A DNA stretch of 52,924 bases from a virus. Lineage: Duplodnaviria > Caudoviricetes. The position numbers were made by a program, and so were the translations under genes. Location: positions 1-52,924 of the IMG/VR virus record IMGVR_UViG_3300037515_000482. The stretch is one strand, 5' to 3'. Below the pieces are notes generated by a model. The model was not told the origin of the DNA. It saw nothing but the letters and a program-made list of their open reading frames with translations, and made no database searches. Below are positions 47,809-52,924 of this stretch, one piece after another (the first letter of the stretch is position 1; each line of letters begins with the position of its first letter).

Positions 47809-47973
47809 ATGACCGTCCTACTCCTCATCCTCGCCGCAATCGTCATCCTGGCCGCCGTCGTCTGGTTCCTCGGCTGGCGGCAGAATCGACCTCGCACGCC
47901 GTATGCCGATCCGCCTCCGGGCGGGTATCCGAGCGACTCGCGCCCGCGTGGGCGGAAGCGCAAGGCCAAGTAG
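47809..47973 (+). CDS. 54-aa single-TM protein (absent from the ORF track)
   Basis: RBS AGGAG; MTVLLLILAAIVILAAVVWFLGWRQNR...RKRKAK. Confidence 0.65.
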   Translation: MTVLLLILAAIVILAAVVWFLGWRQNRPRTPYADPPPGGYPSDSRPRGRKRKAK

Positions 47974-47999
47974 GCTTCCACAATCCAAGGAGGTGACCC

Positions 48000-48311
48000 A
48001 TGGCACAGGCACGCAACGACGTTCAGGGCTTCCGCGACGCGCACGCCAGGTACCTAGGTGCCCGTGCATCCGGCGAGATGGACAAGCGGCCGTGGCCCGT
48101 CTACATGGCGCGGCCCCGTGCGGTGGACAACAAGATCAACGCCGCACTCCGACGGCTCGGGAAGGGCGCCAGCCGGCGCGACTACTTCGGCCTCAGCGCC
48201 AACGGTGCCATGGAGGGATGGGCGGTCATCGTCGATGAGCGCGGCGAGGTGCTGGAGGCGTACAACTATTCGTGGTTGTGTCCGCCGATCTGTGAGACCG
48301 TCGCGACATGA
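48000..48311 (+). CDS. Small protein ending in a CPPxC motif
   Basis: RBS AAGGAGGT; YFGL...G...VD..G...YNYSWLCPPIC. Confidence 0.7.
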   Translation: MAQARNDVQGFRDAHARYLGARASGEMDKRPWPVYMARPRAVDNKINAALRRLGKGASRRDYFGLSANGAMEGWAVIVDERGEVLEAYNYSWLCPPICETVAT

Positions 48312-48838
48312 TCTGGCTCGCGGTCGCGTTGACGGTGGCGGGGGCGGTGCCCATGGCCTGCGTGCTGTGGTACCGCCCGCCGTTGCCGTATTGGCTGATC
48401 GGCGCGGGGCTGTCGGTGTCGTGGATCGGAGACCTCTTGGGATACTGGAGCAGAGGCGCATGGGACCTCGCTTACCTCTGGCTCCCGCTCCAGTTCGGCC
48501 TCGTGCTCATGGGGCTGGCGCGATCCGCGAACGACCGGGTTGCGGTGGCGTTCGGCGTTCCCGCGCTCGCCGTGCTGTCCTACGGCCTGTCGAGCCCTCG
48601 TCCCGACGTGGCGCTCACGCTCGTCGGTAGCCTAGCGGTGCTGTACCTGGCCGACGGTCGCGTCACGCTCCCGCTCTACCTCTACTTCGGTCTCGGCACC
48701 CTGCTCTACTTTCTCATGGCGAGCCGGGCCGGGACGCCGGAGATTCTTGCGCCGTGGGCCGCATACCATACGTGCCGAGTGGTCGCCTACGCCGCCTTCG
48801 CTCACGCGACCTACCGAGTGACCAGGAGCGCGGCATGA
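48308..48838 (+). CDS. Polytopic membrane protein
   Basis: About 5-6 hydrophobic segments; ATGA-coupled. Confidence 0.7.
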   Translation: MIWLAVALTVAGAVPMACVLWYRPPLPYWLIGAGLSVSWIGDLLGYWSRGAWDLAYLWLPLQFGLVLMGLARSANDRVAVAFGVPALAVLSYGLSSPRPDVALTLVGSLAVLYLADGRVTLPLYLYFGLGTLLYFLMASRAGTPEILAPWAAYHTCRVVAYAAFAHATYRVTRSAA

Positions 48839-49278
48839 CCTACCTGGCCACGGAGCTGCGGCGCATATCGGCGTTCATCGGGGCGATGTTCCGCGAACGC
48901 AAGCTCGAATCGGTCGAAACTTTACTCGCGCTCCAGGAGGTGATCTTCGGTCTCTGGCTGCTGGCCCCATGGTCTTCGTTCGGCTCGATCTCAGGCGTCT
49001 ATGATTCGCTGGCGCTGGTGCCCGAGGGCGTGTGGGGTGCCGTCTTCGCTTTGCAGGGAGCCGTACACCTGCGGGCCATTGACCGCAGGGACCTCGCATG
49101 GCGACGGCGCTTCACGTCCGGGCTCGTGCTCCTGTGGGGCATGGTGCTCATGGGGTTCCTCTCGACTGCACCAGCGTCTACCGCGACGCCCATGTACTTC
49201 CTGCCCGTCATGGGCGGGTGGTGGTGCTATCACGCCCACACTCTCATCGCGGGCGACCGCAGGCGGGGTACCCCGTGA
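48835..49278 (+). CDS. Membrane protein (holin-like candidate)
   Basis: About 4 TM segments; PEGVWG. Confidence 0.65.
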   Translation: MTYLATELRRISAFIGAMFRERKLESVETLLALQEVIFGLWLLAPWSSFGSISGVYDSLALVPEGVWGAVFALQGAVHLRAIDRRDLAWRRRFTSGLVLLWGMVLMGFLSTAPASTATPMYFLPVMGGWWCYHAHTLIAGDRRRGTP

Positions 49279-49589
49279 GTGAGTCCGTACAGGTCGCGTT
49301 CGTCACCTACGTGGTGCCCGCGCTCATCCTGCTGCTTCTGGAGTTTCGCCGGCGCCGCATCGCGGTCGGGCTGAAACGTGAGCAGAATGTGGTGACCGGG
49401 CGGGTGTCGGACCTGGAGCTTGGCCAGAAATTCCGGGACGAGATATGGGAGCGGTGGCAACACGTCAACGCCGAAAATACCGCGCTCCGTGGCCGCATCG
49501 TCGCGCTGGAAAAGCGGGTGGACATCCTCACGGAAATCGTCGTGCGTCACGGGCTCCGGAGCGAGTTGCCGGAATCTGAGGAGGCGTAA
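49275..49589 (+). CDS. N-terminal TM plus coiled-coil protein
   Basis: Hydrophobic N-terminus; heptad pattern. Confidence 0.65.
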   Translation: MSESVQVAFVTYVVPALILLLLEFRRRRIAVGLKREQNVVTGRVSDLELGQKFRDEIWERWQHVNAENTALRGRIVALEKRVDILTEIVVRHGLRSELPESEEA

Positions 49590-49592
49590 AAC

Positions 49593-50174
49593 GTGACCGC
49601 CGAAGAAGCCGCCAGCCAGGAGTTCGTGGACCGCGAGATCGAACACATTCGGCGCGAGGTCGGGCACGTCCGCGAACTATGGGACCAGCAGAAAGGCTCG
49701 GACGTCGCCGCGCTCCTGATTCGCACGGCGGAAATCGAGCGGCGCTTGGGCGACCTGAACCACGCCCACGCACGGGCTCAAGAGGTCGCTCAGTCCACGG
49801 TGAGCAGCAGCCGGTATGAGGAGCAGATGACCGACGTCCGAGCGGCCATCCAGACAATCAAGGACGGGGCGAGCGCCGCGCTGGCGACCCAAGTCGCGGA
49901 CCTCAGTCGACAGCTTCAGGCGCTGAAGGACGCGGACCAGGCGAACAAGGAGGAGGCCACGGCGGCACTCACGACCCTCGACTCGCGCGTGACTATCGAC
50001 ATCGCCAAACGGTCCGGTGAAGCGTCGAGCGTCGCCGGGATCGCAAAGAAGGCGTCCGACCGCGCGCTGATGTTCGGTGTCATCGGCGCGATCTTCGGCG
50101 GGATAGGACTGCTGCTGGGGATCGCCACATTCGCGCTGCGGTATTTCGCTACTACTGAGGGAGGTGTGCCATGA
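49593..50174 (+). CDS. Coiled-coil protein with C-terminal TM
   Basis: Helical body; FGVIGAIFGGIGLLLGIATFAL. Confidence 0.65.
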   Translation: MTAEEAASQEFVDREIEHIRREVGHVRELWDQQKGSDVAALLIRTAEIERRLGDLNHAHARAQEVAQSTVSSSRYEEQMTDVRAAIQTIKDGASAALATQVADLSRQLQALKDADQANKEEATAALTTLDSRVTIDIAKRSGEASSVAGIAKKASDRALMFGVIGAIFGGIGLLLGIATFALRYFATTEGGVP

Positions 50175-50338
50175 TCCAGGTCGCGCTCGTCGTGTTCGTC
50201 GTGGCCGTGCTGCTGTGGATGGTCCTCGCCCACATTCGGATGAGCGCCGGAGCGAAGGAGCTTCTCGGGGCCGTCGTCACCATCGCGTTGGTCCTGTGGG
50301 TGCTGTTCGTCTTCGCCCGTTCGCACGGGTGGCTCTGA
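50171..50338 (+). CDS. 55-aa two-TM protein (absent from the ORF track)
   Basis: RBS GGAGGT; MIQVALVVFVVAVLLWMVL...VVTIALVLWVLFVF. Confidence 0.6.
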   Translation: MIQVALVVFVVAVLLWMVLAHIRMSAGAKELLGAVVTIALVLWVLFVFARSHGWL

Positions 50339-50420
50339 TGCGGGCCCTCGGTCTGGCCGTCGTCGTCCTGGCCCTGGCCGGCGGCTGCTGGCATCTGTGG
50401 CGGTGGTTCCGGGGGGAGCC

Positions 50421-50753
50421 GTGAGATCGAAACGGAGCCTGGCCCGGCAGATCGGTGAGGCCATGAGCGATGAGCAGGGCAAGTTCTCGATTGGGCGCCT
50501 GCTGTTCGTCTTCCACATCGCGCTCAACTGGCTCTGGATCAATGCGATCATTTTCGGCCTCGCCGCCCCGCCGGACAGCGACGTGCTCAGCGTGTTCATC
50601 GGCTCGCTGGACGTGACGATCTTCATGGTCCTCGGTGCGTGGGTGATCGGGCCGCGCTCGTTCCAGTATCTGTTCCCGCAGATCGGCGGACTGCTCTCGC
50701 GGCGTACCACCCGCACGGAGTCCGAGTCCACGTACACGATGGAGGACAAATAG
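50421..50753 (+). CDS. Holin-like two-TM protein
   Basis: DEQGKFSIGRLL motif; directly upstream of the endolysin. Confidence 0.6.
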   Translation: MRSKRSLARQIGEAMSDEQGKFSIGRLLFVFHIALNWLWINAIIFGLAAPPDSDVLSVFIGSLDVTIFMVLGAWVIGPRSFQYLFPQIGGLLSRRTTRTESESTYTMEDK

Positions 50754-51164
50754 ATGCCCACCTTTGGCGAGCGGTCGAAGCGTGAACTGGCGACGGCGCA
50801 CCCGGACCTACAGCGGCTCTTCACTGAGGTCATCAAGGACTTTGACGTGACGATCCTGGAAGGCCGTCGCACCACGGAACGCCAGCAGGCGCTCTACGCT
50901 CAGGGTCGCACGGCGAAAGGCAGAATCGTCACCTATGCAGACGGCGTCACCCACCTGTCGAATCACCAGCGCACTGATACGGCGGGCCGGGGCCTGGCCG
51001 TGGACGTGGCCCCGTGGCCGATTGACTGGGACGACGAGAGTCGGTTCTATCGGCTGGCAGGATTCGTCCAGGCGACGGCGCTGCACCTCGGAATCCACGT
51101 CGAATGGGGCGGCGACTGGCCGGGCAAGAAGCGGGATCTTCCACACTGGCAGGTAAGGCCGTGA
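50754..51164 (+). CDS. Endolysin, M15 family L-Ala-D-Glu peptidase
   Basis: HPDL, EGRR..ERQ..LYAQGRT, SNH...AVD, WGGDW...DLPHWQ. Confidence 0.92.
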   Translation: MPTFGERSKRELATAHPDLQRLFTEVIKDFDVTILEGRRTTERQQALYAQGRTAKGRIVTYADGVTHLSNHQRTDTAGRGLAVDVAPWPIDWDDESRFYRLAGFVQATALHLGIHVEWGGDWPGKKRDLPHWQVRP

Positions 51165-51769
51165 AAACCGCCCTCGTTGCCCTCGCCGGCGCCGTCGCCT
51201 GGATCGTCCTGTCGTGGGCGCTCACGCCTCGGGTGCCCGACGCATCCGGCGCGCTGGCTCGGCTCGATTCGGCCCGGGTCGAGGCAGAGCACCGGGCGGA
51301 GCTCGCCCTGGCCGACCTGGACGTGATGCGGGACACGATGCCCCGGGCGCTCGCCGCATCCGCCGAACGCGAGCGTGAAGCGATCCAGCGTGCCGCTCAA
51401 GAGACGCGCACGGCTCAGTCCACCGGAGCCACGGTCCGCGCGCTCCTGGACAGCCTGGGGGCCTCCACGGAGGCGTGGGACGCTCACGTAGCGGCTGACT
51501 CGGCACTGGCGGCGGCGGAAGCGGACGAGAAATCGAGCCTGCGGGACCGGGCTGCGCTCTGGGAGCGGCGGGCCACGCTGGAGGAGATTGCGCGACTGGC
51601 AGAACACGAGGCCCACGAGGCCGCGAACGCCACGCTCCTCGAGGCGATGGACCGGCTCGGGATCTCGGAGCGGCGGGCACAGAAAGCCGAGCGGTCGGCC
51701 CGGCTCTGGCAGATCGTCGGCGGGATCGGAGTCGGGACGGCTATCGTCCAGGCGGTCGTACCGGGGTAG
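51161..51769 (+). CDS. Spanin-like coiled-coil membrane protein
   Basis: Follows the endolysin; N-terminal TM, long coiled coil, hydrophobic C-terminus. Confidence 0.55.
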   Translation: MKTALVALAGAVAWIVLSWALTPRVPDASGALARLDSARVEAEHRAELALADLDVMRDTMPRALAASAEREREAIQRAAQETRTAQSTGATVRALLDSLGASTEAWDAHVAADSALAAAEADEKSSLRDRAALWERRATLEEIARLAEHEAHEAANATLLEAMDRLGISERRAQKAERSARLWQIVGGIGVGTAIVQAVVPG

Positions 51770-51801
51770 GGATTCGACCACCCGGAACCTCCAAGGCGCC
51801 C

Positions 51802-51960
51802 CTACCTGCCCAGCACGTACCCCACGTAGTACGCCAGCGCCACAAGAGCCGCGACGCCAATCCAGATCACGGCCGAGGCCAGCGCGACCTTCCAGACCAG
51901 CGCGAGGACCGCCCCGAAGGTCATGTCCACGCGCACCACGGTCACCGGTGTCGGGTCCAT
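51802..51960 (-). CDS. 52-aa membrane protein (absent from the ORF track)
   Basis: MDPTPVTVVRVDMTFGAVLALVWKVALASAVIWIGVAALVALAYYVGYVLGR. Confidence 0.6.
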   Translation of the reverse strand: MDPTPVTVVRVDMTFGAVLALVWKVALASAVIWIGVAALVALAYYVGYVLGR

Positions 51961-52047
51961 CGTCCCATCCAGCTATCCCGCATCCGTTCCTCCCGTTTCA
52001 ATTTCCCCGGTCCTGCCTCAACCCACCAGAGAAAGGACGGATCCAGC

Positions 52048-52281
52048 ATGCCCGACGTGCGCATCCATCGGCCCATTCCCGGGACAGACTTTCGGCCCGG
52101 TGACATCATCGGCACGGACGACAACGGGGACGTGATCCTGGTTCGGATCCTCACGCCCGACGAGCTGGCGGCCATCAGGGCTCACCCGACCCGCGTTTGC
52201 GTCTACCGGGCCGACGTGTCATGGCTCGGGCCTTTTTCATCGGGACCGAGCCCGTGTCCCCGGCTGCGGGTGATTCCGTAG
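52048..52281 (+). CDS. Hypothetical protein convergently overlapping the repressor 3' end
   Basis: RBS GAAAGGA; overlap makes it uncertain. Confidence 0.4.
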   Translation: MPDVRIHRPIPGTDFRPGDIIGTDDNGDVILVRILTPDELAAIRAHPTRVCVYRADVSWLGPFSSGPSPCPRLRVIP

Positions 52282-52570
52282 CCTCCGCCCTCAAACGCTC
52301 AGCCGTCCTCTCCATCCACTTGGCGGCGATGCGCTTTTCGTCTGATTCGGTGAGGGGTGCGGCCGCGACGGGCGCCTCGCCCAACCACTCGATGCACGCC
52401 TCCCGGGTCGGCCCCTTCATCCCGTAGCGCCCATTCCGCCACGCCGCCAGCGTCGTCCGGTTGGCGGGGCACGCCTTCTCCATCTGGCGCACCGAACGTA
52501 AGCCCTTGGCGCGCAAACGCTTGAGGACCTCCGTGGCGATCTCCTCGTCTGTGGCGTCACGAAATGTCAT
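52175..52570 (-). CDS. Immunity repressor (HTH, CI-like position)
   Basis: SVRQMEKACPANRTTLAAWRNG HTH-like; divergent from the cro-like gene. Confidence 0.65.
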   Translation of the reverse strand: MTFRDATDEEIATEVLKRLRAKGLRSVRQMEKACPANRTTLAAWRNGRYGMKGPTREACIEWLGEAPVAAAPLTESDEKRIAAKWMERTAERLRAEATESPAAGDTGSVPMKKARAMTRRPGRRKRGSGEP

Positions 52571-52579
52571 AGAAAGTCC

Positions 52580-52609
52580 TTGACAGACACGGACAGTCCG
52601 TGCCATTGT
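52580..52609 (+). promoter_or_regulatory. Early promoter with operator palindrome
   Basis: TTGACA (52580-85), extended -10 TGcCATTGT; perfect palindrome CACGGAC-A-GTCCGTG (52588-52602) in the spacer. Confidence 0.75.
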
Positions 52610-52650
52610 GATCCGTAGCAAGACACGCCACCAACCTACGGGTGCCACGA

Positions 52651-52848
52651 ATGGACAGCAACGGACACGTAATCGCCCCGAAACCGGACGCCACGGTGGA
52701 GGACGTCGCCCAGCACTTCGGCGTCTCGGAGCGCACGGTTCGCCGGTGGCTCAATCTCGAAGACGCCCCGCCGCACCGCAGGATCGGAAACATCATCCGG
52801 TTCGACATCGCCGAAGTGGACGAGTGGGCGAAGGCGAGGGTGGCCTGA
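52651..52848 (+). CDS. Cro/excisionase-like HTH protein
   Basis: TVEDVAQHFGVSERTVRRW...P..RIG..IRFD..EVDEW. Confidence 0.85.
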   Translation: MDSNGHVIAPKPDATVEDVAQHFGVSERTVRRWLNLEDAPPHRRIGNIIRFDIAEVDEWAKARVA

Positions 52849-52849
52849 T

Positions 52850-52924
52850 ATGACCACCCCCGCAGCCCCCCGGCCCCCCCCCCACACCGAGGCCGAATCG
52901 CTGGCCCTCACGGACATGGAGGGC
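52850..52924 (+). CDS. 5' part of the gene that continues at window start
   Basis: MTTPAAPRPPPHTEAESLALTDMEG joins in frame to IIERGMTTF. Confidence 0.75.
   Translation, partial: MTTPAAPRPPPHTEAESLALTDMEG

Larger units (their letters stand above)
1..52924. mobile_element. Complete temperate phage genome, circularly permuted
   Basis: Full set of terminase, portal, capsid, tail, lysis, integrase and repressor genes; 5-nt terminal overlap AGGGC that rejoins one ORF in frame. Confidence 0.9.

Overview
The window looks like a complete, circularly permuted, high-GC temperate tailed phage genome of about 52.9 kb, with an HK97-type head and probably a non-contractile tail. The last 5 nt (AGGGC) repeat the first 5 nt, and joining the ends restores one continuous ORF. 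Gene order: Cro-led early region (recombination, replication, HNH and methylase genes, with xis-int-attP and an acyl carrier protein in the middle), then TerS, intein-containing TerL, portal-MuF fusion, protease, capsid, decoration genes, a methyltransferase/kinase/glycosyltransferase cassette, neck and tail genes, a membrane/lysis cluster, and the repressor/cro switch. The three most notable observations are: (1) a glycan-building cassette inside the virion module, including a WbdD-like methyltransferase fused to a CTP-dependent riboflavin-kinase-like domain, in a phage whose capsid and tail tube end in serine, which suggests virion glycosylation with a capped glycan; (2) a TerL intein whose HNH endonuclease is a separate gene nested in another reading frame, with a candidate internal promoter; (3) a phage ACP beside attP. 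All family calls come from motifs read by eye. No database searches were run.
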